DNA of 64,000 nt from an uncultured virus (IMG/VR IMGVR_UViG_3300033047_000037) (IMGVR_UViG_3300033047_000037); one strand, 5' to 3'. Numbered from the stretch's first letter, positions 10,312 to 20,502 are shown. The notes: generated by a model from the sequence alone, not told the origin. Numbers and translations are program-made.

Positions 10312-10923
10312 ATGGCCAGCAAAAGTAATAGTGGTGGAAACACCGGAACCGTCAACGTGTCCCAACTCGTCTCAGCGGCGAACTCGGCACAGTCAACCGC
10401 CCAGCAGGATCTTCTTTCTGCCCGCGAAAACATCGTGGGTCAGTTAGAAGGTCTCTCGGGCGACCTTACAACCATTGACAGCACCCTCGGTACGATGGGC
10501 TTCGATGGCAGTCTCCCCGCTCCGAATCTCTCGGGTTCAGCAGTTTCAATTCCGAAGCGTCAAGGTCGGCCCCGTAAATCGTCGGCGGCTCCCGTTGCGG
10601 AAGGCGCTCGCGGCCCGAAGAACATGCCTCTCGAAGATTCCATTTGTCACGCTCTCGACCAGAGCGAAGCAGGCGGCGTCGGCGGCGAGGGTCTGAGTCT
10701 TGCACAGGTCGTTGTAGCTTGTCAGGCGGAGCCCGTTGGTTATGCGTTCTCTGGCTCGCCAGCGAACCACAAGGCCATTATCAGCCAGCGCATGGGTGGC
10801 GATGAGGGTCTGATTGGCACCGGGTATGTTGAGCAGATTCCGATGGAAGGTCGCTCCCGTGGGCTCCCCTACCGTCTGACTTCGTTCGGTCGTACATGGG
10901 TCAAGTCCAACGCCATTGGCTAA
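10312..10923 (+). CDS. Putative DNA-binding protein (coiled coil, AT-hook-like GRPRK, possible winged helix)
   Basis: AGGAGG RBS; KRQGRPRKS; C-terminal YRLT. Confidence 0.6.
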   Translation: MASKSNSGGNTGTVNVSQLVSAANSAQSTAQQDLLSARENIVGQLEGLSGDLTTIDSTLGTMGFDGSLPAPNLSGSAVSIPKRQGRPRKSSAAPVAEGARGPKNMPLEDSICHALDQSEAGGVGGEGLSLAQVVVACQAEPVGYAFSGSPANHKAIISQRMGGDEGLIGTGYVEQIPMEGRSRGLPYRLTSFGRTWVKSNAIG

Positions 10924-10958
10924 CGGGCACTTCCCTCTCTCGACAACATAATCGCAAG

Positions 10959-10993
10959 GATGCCCCTACCTGAAGGGGTGGGGGCATTTCTTT
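10959..10993 (+). terminator. Intrinsic terminator
   Basis: ATGCCCCTACC...GGTGGGGGCAT then TTCTTT. Confidence 0.65.
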
Positions 10994-11190
10994 AGACTCC
11001 TTCGGCCTGGCATGGGTCGGACGCGTTGGCGAGATCGGCTCCTTCGGGGGCCGTTCTTTTGTTTCCAAAATTTGGATACCCAAATCCTGCCCATAGATCG
11101 GTGCAAGCAGACATCTAGAATGTTGTCGCATTCACATGCGGCAATCAAGTGACATCAACAAAAGTCAACATGATCGCAAAGGAGCAGACG

Positions 11191-12789
11191 ATGGGCACAG
11201 TAAGCATTGGACATGAATTCTTCGTCAAGGAGAGAAAAAGCCTCTACTCGAACTGGCAGAGGGACTTCTTTCGGGAGTTCATCCAGAACTCGGTGGACGC
11301 CGGCTCACGCAATATCAGCATCTCAGTCGAGGAGAGCGTAGAGAATGGTATTCTCTGCGAGGTCTCCGTTACGGATGATGGCTGTGGTATGACCCGTCAG
11401 ATCCTTGAGAATGTTTACTTCGCGCTTGGAGAAACAACCAAGACAGGAGACGGCGTGGGTGGCTTCGGTCGGGCTCGTATCCTGACCTGCTTCTCTCATC
11501 CCGGCTACACCATTCATACCCAAGATGTATTTGTCAACGGCTCAGGCTCCACCTTTGAAATAGAAGAAGCTGGCATCATCAAGTCAGGTACCAAAGTTCA
11601 AGTCTACATTGGCGATGCAACAGCAGAGGATATGCTCTTCGCTCTTAGAGACTACCTTAGCTCCTGTCAGTTGAGCGGCGTCAACATTACCATCAACGGC
11701 GACATCTTCAACGATTGGTTGTACCGCCGCAACAAGGTTCGGGAGCTTTCCTTTGGAACCATCCATGTAAACAAGAGCGGTCGTTTGAATAAGGTATTCT
11801 TCCGTGTCCATGGACAGTTCATGTTCTCTCGCTATACCAACGCCAACGCACAGGTCGTTGTTGAGATTGATCCTTCTCGTAGCCGAGATGTTTTGGACTC
11901 TTCTCGTGGTGGGCTTATGGGCTCGTTCCAACAGGAGGTTGATAAATTCCTCACAGAGTTGAGTATTGATACTCGTAGCGCTCTTCGCCCTCGTGTAGAT
12001 AACAGCCGAATGATCATCAACGACGGCGGATGGATTCGTTCTGGAAAGCGGTCGGAAACGGTTCCTCGGGAAGAGCCCGCTGAGCAAAGCGTCATACAGA
12101 ATACTGGCGCAGCAGGCACTTTCGAGATTGTTCATAACGAGCATGAAGTAATCGGTACTGTACCTGGACAACAGTCTGTTGTTGCTGCTGGTATTACCAT
12201 CAACGCAGAAGTGCCTGACTCTTCTTTCGATGAACAATGCACCGGCGGAGAAGGAGAGATTCCTCTTCTGGTAGACTTGTTCAACATCTACCTGTTAGAT
12301 GAGACTGGCCGACAGTCGTTCAAACGAGTCATTGACCAGTATGATCCTCGGAGTTGGGTACACAAGCGTCAATGGATCAAAGACCACGGGTATCGTCGTT
12401 ACCGCAAGGGCGTGGAGCATCTCAAGCTGGCATTGGCTTGGAAGATTTGCTGCGAGGCTGCTGTGGATGCTTTGCTTGACCAGCGTGGCGGCGAGATTGC
12501 TTGGACTGTTGGCTGGGTATTTTCTGATTACATTGAGGGTGCGCATCGTGTCGTGGACGGCGGTCATATCTACATGATGCGACCTGTTGACATGGCGAAT
12601 GGCAAGAGCGCATGGCGATTAACAAAAGATATGGTAGTCAAGATGATTGCTTTGGCAAATCATGAGGTTGCGCATACAACATGTTCTGCGCATGATGAAG
12701 ATTACGCTGGAACATTGACTGAGATATCAGGAGTCGTTGACCAGGCTAAGATTTGGCGGCGCATCAGGGAGGAGGTCAAGGGCTTGTAG
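11191..12789 (+). CDS. GHKL (Hsp90/MORC-like) ATPase with C-terminal HExxH
   Basis: REFIQNSVDAG, DDGCGM, GGFGRA, GT boxes; NHEVAH...H...F/Y; AAGGAG RBS. Confidence 0.8.
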   Translation: MGTVSIGHEFFVKERKSLYSNWQRDFFREFIQNSVDAGSRNISISVEESVENGILCEVSVTDDGCGMTRQILENVYFALGETTKTGDGVGGFGRARILTCFSHPGYTIHTQDVFVNGSGSTFEIEEAGIIKSGTKVQVYIGDATAEDMLFALRDYLSSCQLSGVNITINGDIFNDWLYRRNKVRELSFGTIHVNKSGRLNKVFFRVHGQFMFSRYTNANAQVVVEIDPSRSRDVLDSSRGGLMGSFQQEVDKFLTELSIDTRSALRPRVDNSRMIINDGGWIRSGKRSETVPREEPAEQSVIQNTGAAGTFEIVHNEHEVIGTVPGQQSVVAAGITINAEVPDSSFDEQCTGGEGEIPLLVDLFNIYLLDETGRQSFKRVIDQYDPRSWVHKRQWIKDHGYRRYRKGVEHLKLALAWKICCEAAVDALLDQRGGEIAWTVGWVFSDYIEGAHRVVDGGHIYMMRPVDMANGKSAWRLTKDMVVKMIALANHEVAHTTCSAHDEDYAGTLTEISGVVDQAKIWRRIREEVKGL

Positions 12790-12903
12790 TTCCGGCTAAA
12801 TGCAAAAAACTTTGGGATTTTGTCAAGGCATCCCCTTGCGAAGACCGAGAATACTTGCTACGCTGCTTCTTCCTTTTCTCAACATATTTCGCGAGGGCAA
12901 ATT

Positions 12904-13500
12904 ATGGGCGCACGGACGCACGGACGAGAAGAAAAACTTGTCAAGATTGACAGCCAAGAGTTCGAGGACAAAATTGCGGAAGTAGATGCAACGCTACTCC
13001 CTAGAAAGGAAGAGTTTACGGACTGGGTGGAAACATGTATTACTGCTACCCAGCTTGATCATCTCGTTGATGAACCAAAGAAGCACAAGTATACTCTGGC
13101 CTTCCTGATTCGAGTTGAACTGACTCATAGCCTGACTGACTGGGTTGCTCGTTGGCGGCGAACGATGTCAGAACTTAAGCGCCCATCAATGGAGCGGATT
13201 GCTGAGCTTCAAGAAAAGTATGCTGGCATCGCTAAAGCTGAAGGCTGGGCAGATGAAGTCGAAGAGACCTGCGCAACGCCTGATCTGCACGACATTATTC
13301 AACGTGGCTTCCGAGCCCAGAATGAATGTGTGGATGAAGAAATTGTCTTAGACGAACTTCGTGCTTTCATCAACAGCGGCGGAGATCTTGAGATGCGAGA
13401 CAATAGCCATATGACAGGATTGCAGCGATGCAAGATGCTAGGCTGGTTGGCTGGCCGTATTGTCCTTGAAGACACTCTTGGGGAATCTGAGGCAGCCTAA
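12904..13500 (+). CDS. Hypothetical protein
   Basis: Long ORF; GAGG RBS before ATG 12904. Confidence 0.7.
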   Translation: MGARTHGREEKLVKIDSQEFEDKIAEVDATLLPRKEEFTDWVETCITATQLDHLVDEPKKHKYTLAFLIRVELTHSLTDWVARWRRTMSELKRPSMERIAELQEKYAGIAKAEGWADEVEETCATPDLHDIIQRGFRAQNECVDEEIVLDELRAFINSGGDLEMRDNSHMTGLQRCKMLGWLAGRIVLEDTLGESEAA

Positions 13501-13537
13501 GCTATTCACATGCTCTTCAACTTGGGTGTCAATGAGT

Positions 13538-13981
13538 ATGAATGAAGCAAAATTTATCACAACTTTGGATTTGGGCATGGAATACTATCCAGAGTTAGAA
13601 AGTACCGAGATCGCAATTTATCATGACCCAGAAACAAATTCAGTTTTTGGTATTGATGCAAGCTTCCTTTCGCAAGAAGTTACTGGTGTAGTGCTGAATC
13701 CTCTTCAGCACAAGTTCCCCCAATACATCTTGCTGTCGGAAGGAGATGTAGATTCAGAATCTCTAGAACAATTTGCTACAGAGATGTCTGAGTTTCCTCT
13801 TGTACAAATGCTCAGAGTCATGACGGCTATCCACAAGATGAATTCGAAGCCTGACGGAGATGGTGGATGGATAGGCACAGGGCTTCAGCGAGAATGCGAA
13901 CGTCTCGGGGTTACAGAAGATCAGTTCCGCAGCGCAACGGCGATGGCCTCGGTTTTTCTGTCTGAACTGGAGGAAGCGTAA
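13538..13981 (+). CDS. Hypothetical protein (leaderless)
   Basis: ATG 33 nt after TTCACATGC start. Confidence 0.75.
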   Translation: MNEAKFITTLDLGMEYYPELESTEIAIYHDPETNSVFGIDASFLSQEVTGVVLNPLQHKFPQYILLSEGDVDSESLEQFATEMSEFPLVQMLRVMTAIHKMNSKPDGDGGWIGTGLQRECERLGVTEDQFRSATAMASVFLSELEEA

Positions 13982-13982
13982 A

Positions 13983-14414
13983 ATGCTTGATGAAACTGGA
14001 AAGATAACTGGCATCGACATTAGTATGGATACTGCTGCAATGCGAAAGCAGGGCGATGCGATGACTATGGATGAATTCTCAGAAGAACGATTTGATCGTG
14101 TCTTTGAATTGATGAGAGTCAAGAGCAATGCTGAGAATATCAGAAATACGCTTAGCCAGCTTTATCACAAAAACGAGTCGTTGGATGGTGAACTGACAAT
14201 GATCGTTACCGTTGAAGGTATCAGTTTTGAAGGGGTTGAGAATTGGCTTTCTCAAATCTACGCCAAGATAATTCCGGATAGGGCTAAAGAAGCCCGAGAA
14301 GCTGCCATCACTCATCTTGCAAATACTGACAAGCTGGCTGAAATTATGACTTTCGTAAAATCAATGTTCTGGCGCAACACATTCCGAACCTTTATTGAAG
14401 AAGCGGAGTCATGA
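13983..14414 (+). CDS. Hypothetical protein
   Basis: GGAGG RBS. Confidence 0.75.
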   Translation: MLDETGKITGIDISMDTAAMRKQGDAMTMDEFSEERFDRVFELMRVKSNAENIRNTLSQLYHKNESLDGELTMIVTVEGISFEGVENWLSQIYAKIIPDRAKEAREAAITHLANTDKLAEIMTFVKSMFWRNTFRTFIEEAES

Positions 14415-14611
14415 TGTTTGTCTATCCTTACCAAGGCATCAATATGCTGTGGGAGATTCTCAAGAAAACCAAGGAAGGCACTCTCTGTAAGTCCGTCGAT
14501 GGCATTCGAGGAGGCCTACGATATTTTGGTTGTGAGGCTGAGATCTTGATGCCGAATAGCCAGGTGGAGCGTTTGACTGAAGGTGAAATGCTGAGGAGTT
14601 CCTCGGCCTAG
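14411..14611 (+). CDS. Hypothetical protein
   Basis: ATGA overlap, GGAG. Confidence 0.55.
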   Translation: MMFVYPYQGINMLWEILKKTKEGTLCKSVDGIRGGLRYFGCEAEILMPNSQVERLTEGEMLRSSSA

Positions 14612-14630
14612 ATGACGATAAGATCGGTGC

Positions 14631-15278
14631 ATGAAGATACTCGGCGATATTCACGGGAAAATGATCAAGCTTTCGCAGGTCATGAAAACGACTGAAGACG
14701 AGGTTCTTTGTGTCGGGGATATCGGTATAGGCTTCAGGGGAGTGGGACAAGATCCTTCTCTTTCGGAGCGGTTTCATTTTATCCGCGGAAATCATGATTG
14801 GCCCTATTGGTGTAAGAAGCACGCTCAATTCACCCTGGACTACGGGATGTGGAGAGACATGTTTCTATTTGGTGGCGCTCGCTCTGTTGACAAAGAATGG
14901 CGAACCGAATTCAAGAATTGGTGGCGTGACGAAGAGTTGAGCTATGCAGAGTGTCAACGGGCTATCGAGGCATATGCTGAGGCAAAGCCACGGATCGTTA
15001 TCTCTCATGAGGCTCCCTTCTTACTCCAGCCCGATTTGAAGATTGATGTTGTATCCCGCAATCCTGACTTGGCTGTTTTTGGAGATCCTCAGCCTTATAC
15101 CACTTCAGTTGCAATGGATGAAATGTTGGCTATCCACAAGCCAGACCTCTGGATCTTCGGGCACTGGCATACATCGTTCTCCAAACAAATTGGACCGACT
15201 CGTTTTCGTTGCGCCGACATCTTCGAGCTATTAGATGTAGATGAGCAACTTGCTCTTTCACATGCTGAAGTTGAATAA
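14631..15278 (+). CDS. Calcineurin-like metallophosphoesterase
   Basis: GDIHG, VGDIG, RGNHD, SH, GHWH motifs. Confidence 0.9.
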   Translation: MKILGDIHGKMIKLSQVMKTTEDEVLCVGDIGIGFRGVGQDPSLSERFHFIRGNHDWPYWCKKHAQFTLDYGMWRDMFLFGGARSVDKEWRTEFKNWWRDEELSYAECQRAIEAYAEAKPRIVISHEAPFLLQPDLKIDVVSRNPDLAVFGDPQPYTTSVAMDEMLAIHKPDLWIFGHWHTSFSKQIGPTRFRCADIFELLDVDEQLALSHAEVE

Positions 15279-15289
15279 GGACAATAAGT

Positions 15290-15805
15290 ATGGACATCAA
15301 GTTGACTTTTGAGCAAGTGAAAGCTCGTTACCCTGAGTTGCTGCCTGAGATTGAAGCTCAACGAGCAACAAGCCAGGCGAAGACGAGAGGCACTCCGTTC
15401 GAGGAATGCGATTGGATCATCTCTTGGGGAACCGTTCATCGGGGCGAAAGGGCTCATGATCTTATCAATTCTCTTAGGTCTGCTCTTGCTCATGAAGCTA
15501 TAGAGCCTAAGCGACTAACTCTTGATGAAATGATTGCAAGAGATATTGGTCAGGTTCATGTTGGGACTTTGTGTTGCAAAAAGGGTAGAGGCCGTTGGTA
15601 CGCTGATTTCCCTGTCGATCGTTATGGTATACCTGATGAGATCGATCAGTACATCCGCAAGTCTTGCGCTGAGCAAAAGACTGAACACGATCGAATTGAT
15701 GCGATGAGTCCTCAAGAGCAAGATGCTGAAGCTATGGCTGTTTTGAATGAGTTGACTGGTCAGGCTGGCTTTTCTCAGATTCAATTCCGCATTAGGCAAG
15801 AATGA
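15290..15805 (+). CDS. Hypothetical protein (leaderless)
   Basis: ATG at +33 from promoter motif. Confidence 0.75.
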   Translation: MDIKLTFEQVKARYPELLPEIEAQRATSQAKTRGTPFEECDWIISWGTVHRGERAHDLINSLRSALAHEAIEPKRLTLDEMIARDIGQVHVGTLCCKKGRGRWYADFPVDRYGIPDEIDQYIRKSCAEQKTEHDRIDAMSPQEQDAEAMAVLNELTGQAGFSQIQFRIRQE

Positions 15806-15852
15806 TTGTTTGGAACTTTTTCGCCAAAAAGCGTGAAAGAAGGAGGAAGGCC

Positions 15853-15880
15853 TTGACGTAGAGCCGAAAGGAGTTATACT
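15853..15880 (+). promoter_or_regulatory. Sigma70-type promoter upstream of Leu tRNA cluster
   Basis: TTGACG-N16-TATACT. Confidence 0.65.
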
Positions 15881-16021
15881 ATGGTTATGGACACTCAGAT
15901 CCAACTCGACTTGTTACTGCTTGCGTGAGAGGTAAGACCTCACTAACGCTTGCGCTGTAATTTGAGTCAGCCAAGACCTCACCTGAAATTGAATGACGAT
16001 GCTCTGTAAAATGAGCGATAT

Positions 16022-16103
16022 GGCTCTATGGCGGAATTGGCAGACGCGGTAGATTCAAAATCTATTGGGGAAACCCATCCCGGTTCGAGTCCGGGTAGAG
16101 CTA
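16022..16103 (+). tRNA. tRNA-Leu(CAA)
   Basis: Cloverleaf; anticodon arm GTAGA-TTCAAAA-TCTAT; long variable arm. Confidence 0.93.
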
Positions 16104-16121
16104 TTGACGTAGGAGACTTGT

Positions 16122-16337
16122 ATGAATACTAAACAGTTTATTAATACTGTGCGAGAGTTTCTTGAAACAAGCATGGAAACCGATACCCGTATAGTAGATG
16201 CGAGCATTGAAGATGATAAGATCATCGTTGAAACGAATGATGGTATGATGACTCAAGTATGGGAGATTTCTTGCTCAAAAACATCGAACACTGATAATGA
16301 AGTCCATATGGCGAAATTGGCAGACGCGCAACCTTGA
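16122..16337 (+). CDS. Hypothetical protein (3' end overlaps tRNA)
   Basis: AGGAG RBS. Confidence 0.6.
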   Translation: MNTKQFINTVREFLETSMETDTRIVDASIEDDKIIVETNDGMMTQVWEISCSKTSNTDNEVHMAKLADAQP

Positions 16338-16385
16338 GGTGGTTGTTCCAGAAATGGAGTGCAGGTTCGACTCCTGCTATGGACA
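16302..16385 (+). tRNA. tRNA-Leu(GAG)
   Basis: Anticodon arm CAACC-TTGAGGT-GGTTG. Confidence 0.93.
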
Positions 16386-16394
16386 TTTAGTTTT

Positions 16395-16476
16395 GGCCCC
16401 GTGGCGGAATTGGCAGACGCGCTAGACTTAGGATCTAGTTCTTAACGGAGTGCAGGTTCGAGACCTGTCGGGGCTA
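16395..16476 (+). tRNA. tRNA-Leu(TAG)
   Basis: Anticodon arm CTAGA-CTTAGGA-TCTAG. Confidence 0.93.
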
Positions 16477-16478
16477 TT

Positions 16479-16742
16479 ATGCGAGAATGGAAAATCATCG
16501 AAATCTTTGACGAATGCATCGAACAGTATGTATGGGCACTTGAAGAACGAGAAGATCGTTCCTGTAATACCACTCGTCTTTGTCCTGTCAAGTATGAAGA
16601 TTCATGGTATCAGGCTGTAGAGATGGCTTGCATCTATATGGAACTCTGCGTTGAGTGGAGAAAAAACCGAGACCTATACTTCAGTCCCTTTGAAATTCGA
16701 GACAAAGCTTATGCCTTAGCGGGCTTACCTCTTGCCGCATAA
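16479..16742 (+). CDS. Hypothetical protein between tRNAs
   Basis: ORF fills the inter-tRNA gap. Confidence 0.6.
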   Translation: MREWKIIEIFDECIEQYVWALEEREDRSCNTTRLCPVKYEDSWYQAVEMACIYMELCVEWRKNRDLYFSPFEIRDKAYALAGLPLAA

Positions 16743-16753
16743 AGATAGTATCA

Positions 16754-16835
16754 GGGCTTGTGGCGGAACTGGCATACGCGACGGATTTAAAATCCGTTCT
16801 CGAAAGGGATGAGGGTTCGAGCCCCTCCAAGCTCA
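16754..16835 (+). tRNA. tRNA-Leu(TAA)
   Basis: Anticodon arm ACGGA-TTTAAAA-TCCGT. Confidence 0.93.
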
Positions 16836-16940
16836 TTTTTCATCACCCACTTCAATCGGGTGAAAATAAGTCTGCTATACTCCTAGCGTAGACGGTCCAA
16901 ACGGGGTCGTCTAAAACTCAACGCCTTTGGAGAAATTGCA

Positions 16941-17591
16941 ATGCAGATTGAAGCGAAAGCAACCGAAAACACCGTCACCGACGCACAGGCTTCCGAGCTT
17001 GATTACGTCGTTGCTATTGATACATCCGGCTCTATGGGTGGTACAGACCAAAGCGATGCCCAAAAGCGAACTCTCTTCGCTGTAGCTGAAGAATTCACCA
17101 CCGGCCTCGCACGCTGGGCTGAGACCGTTGATGATGACGGCATTACTGTTATGACCTTCGGCGGCGCTGCTGTTGTTGTGGAAGACAACGTTACAGCATC
17201 GAGTGTTGAGACAATCTTCGCCAAGAACAAGCCATTCTCTTCGACTCCTACGCACCTCGCTGTTCAACGCATCATCGACATGAAGCGAAGCGGTCAGCTT
17301 ACCAAGAATGTCGTGGCCTTCATCATCACCGATGGTCGCCCGAATGATCCTGAAGCAGTTGCCAAAGCGATTGCTGGCTGGACCAAGGACGCTTCGGCGA
17401 CCGAGAAAAGCATCAGTTTCTCATTCATTCAGATCGGCAGCGATGCCGGCGCAAGCAGCTTCCTCAAGATGCTCGATGACGACCTCGAATCCAAGTACGG
17501 CGCGAAGTTCGATTGCGTTGATACCCGCAGCCTACATGAAACAGACAGCATGACTCCTGGTCAGCTTGTTTGGGGCGCTCAGAACGACTAA
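16941..17591 (+). CDS. von Willebrand factor A domain protein
   Basis: MIDAS DTSGSM, STPT, ITDGRP; FIQIG. Confidence 0.9.
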   Translation: MQIEAKATENTVTDAQASELDYVVAIDTSGSMGGTDQSDAQKRTLFAVAEEFTTGLARWAETVDDDGITVMTFGGAAVVVEDNVTASSVETIFAKNKPFSSTPTHLAVQRIIDMKRSGQLTKNVVAFIITDGRPNDPEAVAKAIAGWTKDASATEKSISFSFIQIGSDAGASSFLKMLDDDLESKYGAKFDCVDTRSLHETDSMTPGQLVWGAQND

Positions 17592-17723
17592 CCACGAGCA
17601 GGCAGGCACACCGCCTGTCTGTTTTTTCGCATCTTTTAGCTGCCGACGTAGGTAGTTGAGACCGAAACCGTAAGCTCTGTGGAAGAGTTTATAAACTGTC
17701 CATTGGACAAAAGGAACTGAAAA

Positions 17724-18317
17724 ATGTTGACTATTACCCCCAAGGGTGGGACCGTTGGTCTTACCATCGCTGCAAAGGCAACTCCTGAAGCATCGACTGC
17801 ACCTGGCCATTTCAACTTCGGCGCAGGTTGGGATACCGACCAAGGCGAAGCTGACCTCGACCTTTGCCTCTTGGTACACCGTGGCCGTGGTACTCCCGTC
17901 GTTGATGGCGACCTCATCTACTACGCCAATCTCACCGCTCCTGGTATTGTCCACACCGGCGACAACCAGACGGGCGAAGGCGAAGGCGACGACGAGAACG
18001 TTCGTATGACTCTCGCTGACCTGTCTTCTGATATCACTGCTGTTTCTGTTGGTATCGTGGCATACTCGGCGACTGACTTCTCCAGCGTCTCCAACATCCA
18101 TCTCGAAGGTCGCGCTGGCGATGACGAGTCTGGTACCAGCCTCTTCGGAGCCGACTTCGGCGAGACAGGTAGTAACACCTGCCTCGTGGCTGCTCGCCTT
18201 GAGCGCCAGCCTGACGGCGAATGGAACGTGACCAACATCGCTGAATTCTCGAACCCCGGCAACGGCGCTGCTGCTATCCAGGGCTTCGCTGATTCTGCTT
18301 CTGCTCAGTACAAGTAA
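17724..18317 (+). CDS. terD: TerD-family stress protein
   Basis: GWD...DLDL, HTGDNQTGEGEGDDE. Confidence 0.9.
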   Translation: MLTITPKGGTVGLTIAAKATPEASTAPGHFNFGAGWDTDQGEADLDLCLLVHRGRGTPVVDGDLIYYANLTAPGIVHTGDNQTGEGEGDDENVRMTLADLSSDITAVSVGIVAYSATDFSSVSNIHLEGRAGDDESGTSLFGADFGETGSNTCLVAARLERQPDGEWNVTNIAEFSNPGNGAAAIQGFADSASAQYK

Positions 18318-18421
18318 ACCTTGCAAGGGCGGCAAGGGTTCAAGCTCTTGTCGTCTTTTTTCATTCACACTTGCCTGCGTTGAGATCGAGTCGCGCTGGC
18401 TAAAACCTTAAGGAGCCAGCT

Positions 18422-18880
18422 ATGCTGAGCAAATTTATGAGCGTTCTCCAAAATATCGGAGATGACATCGCAGGCGGAGCAAAGAAATTTGCCAACAAGG
18501 GCACTCGTGACCGTGCCGCTGCTATTGCAGCAATGGTCGCTTACATCCCAGACAAGGATGCGGACAAGGACGAAATCAACAAGGGCGTGAAGGTTATTCA
18601 CCGCATGACGAATGGCGCGTTCGAGATCGACGACATGATCCAAGCCGTCAATGATGCTGTCTCAACTCTTGAATTCGACATCGACATGGGTCGTGCGGAA
18701 CTCATGAATAAGGTACTCAAGGCCAACGACGACGAAAAGCGTCTGTTGGTCAACGTTGGCATTGCTGTCGGCAAGTCTTCTGGCGAAGAAGGCGAAGATC
18801 CATTCTCGCCGGAAGAGAAAGAGTGCGTCAGGCGCATTATCACCGATCTCGGTCTCAGCGCTGGCGATTTCGGCCTCTAA
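18422..18880 (+). CDS. terB: TerB-family protein
   Basis: Helical TerB-like pattern (AMVA..D..D.DE; F SPEEK...RRI...LGL); next to TerD. Confidence 0.75.
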   Translation: MLSKFMSVLQNIGDDIAGGAKKFANKGTRDRAAAIAAMVAYIPDKDADKDEINKGVKVIHRMTNGAFEIDDMIQAVNDAVSTLEFDIDMGRAELMNKVLKANDDEKRLLVNVGIAVGKSSGEEGEDPFSPEEKECVRRIITDLGLSAGDFGL

Positions 18881-18979
18881 GCCATTTCGCTTGTTGGCTG
18901 ACTTCCACTTTGGGAGCCGGGGACAAACCTCGTCCTCGGCTCTTTTTCTGCCTAGAGATTACTAAACAGAGGCACTCGC

Positions 18980-20098
18980 ATGCAATTCACCCATGATCTA
19001 GCTAACACGATGGCTACATGGCATTGGGCCATCAACCTTTCCCTTGTCATCCTTGTCACGTTGATTTTGTCGAAGATCATTGCTTGGGCGTGTGACCACT
19101 TCGAGCCTGCTGCTGGACATCTTGGTCGCAACTGGCCTCAAGGCATCAAGGGTCGCACCATCAATGCAGCCGGCTCGTCGATGCCAGAACTTTGTACGAC
19201 GATTGCTCTTTTGTTCTTTGTGGGTGGAGGCGTTGCGGGCGCTGCCTACATAGGAGCGGGGATCTCAGTTACAGCAGGGTCCGCTGTGTTCAATGGGGTC
19301 ATTATTCCTGCTGCTGTTATTTTCGCAGTTCTTGCTCCTTTCTGGATCCGGCTGATGACTTTTGGCATTGCCAAGGCCATGAACAAGCAAGCGGAGAGCT
19401 TCACGATCGACAAGAAGACGGTGGCAACGGACATGTTGTTCGTCTTCATCGCTGAACTTGCTCTCATCTTCTTCTTGCATAAGGGCGTATTTGAACTGTG
19501 GATGTGCTTGTCTCTCTTCAGTATTTACCTCTTCTACACGGCTGTTTCTTTCTTCGCGGTAAGAAATCACGAGGGAGAGGAAGTGGAGGCTGAAGAAGGG
19601 TGGACGAATAGACGGGCACTCTTGACTCTCTTCTGGTCAACGCTTGCCCTCATCCTAACCTGCTACGTCCTTGGCGAGGTAATCATCATCTCTGCTACGG
19701 CTCTCGGGGTACACCCAATCATCACGGCTGTCTTCTTTGGCGCTGCTGCAAGCTCGGTCCCTGATACCATACTCTCTGTACGGGATGCTCGTAACGGCGA
19801 CTACGAAGACGCCCTTGCCAACGCCTTTGGTTCCAACACGTTCGATATCTGTGTGGCGCTAGCTGGACCAATGGGCGTATACATTGCCTTGAATGGTCCA
19901 ATCACGGTCCCTGACCACCAAGCCATTGAAATACTACGAGTGGGCCTACTCGTGACAACCGTTATGGTTGGAGCGATGTTGCTGTGGGCAAAGAACGTCA
20001 AGAAGTGGATGGGGATCACGCTCTTGGCAACGTACCTCGTTTGGACGTTCTTCGTCCTTGATACGGAATTTGGGTTACTGTTCTTTGAAGCTCACTGA
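18980..20098 (+). CDS. Sodium/calcium exchanger (CaCA family)
   Basis: Alpha repeats GSSMPE...GSAVFN and ASSVPD...GSNTFD; many TM segments. Confidence 0.88.
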   Translation: MQFTHDLANTMATWHWAINLSLVILVTLILSKIIAWACDHFEPAAGHLGRNWPQGIKGRTINAAGSSMPELCTTIALLFFVGGGVAGAAYIGAGISVTAGSAVFNGVIIPAAVIFAVLAPFWIRLMTFGIAKAMNKQAESFTIDKKTVATDMLFVFIAELALIFFLHKGVFELWMCLSLFSIYLFYTAVSFFAVRNHEGEEVEAEEGWTNRRALLTLFWSTLALILTCYVLGEVIIISATALGVHPIITAVFFGAAASSVPDTILSVRDARNGDYEDALANAFGSNTFDICVALAGPMGVYIALNGPITVPDHQAIEILRVGLLVTTVMVGAMLLWAKNVKKWMGITLLATYLVWTFFVLDTEFGLLFFEAH

Positions 20099-20146
20099 TT
20101 CACATGCGAAAGTGCATTTACAGTCAAAGCATAGGAGATAACTGTC

Positions 20147-20500
20147 ATGGAAATGGAAAAATCTACAGTTAAAGAGCTTTTGATTCGCTTTGCGCCTACT
20201 CGCTGGCCAATTGTCGGCCCCCTTTTCGAATATTTTGTTTACAAACCTGCTGAGAGTCTTTGTCTTTCTTATCTTCTACTTGTCACGATTGTAATGTATG
20301 GAGTTTTTGCATCTATCATTACAGAAACCTGGAATAAAACAAGTATTATAATAGTAGTTTTTGGTCTATTGTTGACATTTGCTTTTTTCATTACAGGAAT
20401 TTCTGTTCTTTATATTCGAGAAAAAGCAAGAGCAGAACGATTAGAAACCCGAAGAGAAGAAGAAGAAAAAGAAAAAATTAAGCATATAGTCAGGTTGTAA
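20147..20500 (+). CDS. Hypothetical membrane protein
   Basis: Two TM helices; AGGAG RBS. Confidence 0.7.
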   Translation: MEMEKSTVKELLIRFAPTRWPIVGPLFEYFVYKPAESLCLSYLLLVTIVMYGVFASIITETWNKTSIIIVVFGLLLTFAFFITGISVLYIREKARAERLETRREEEEKEKIKHIVRL

Positions 20501-20502
20501 TT

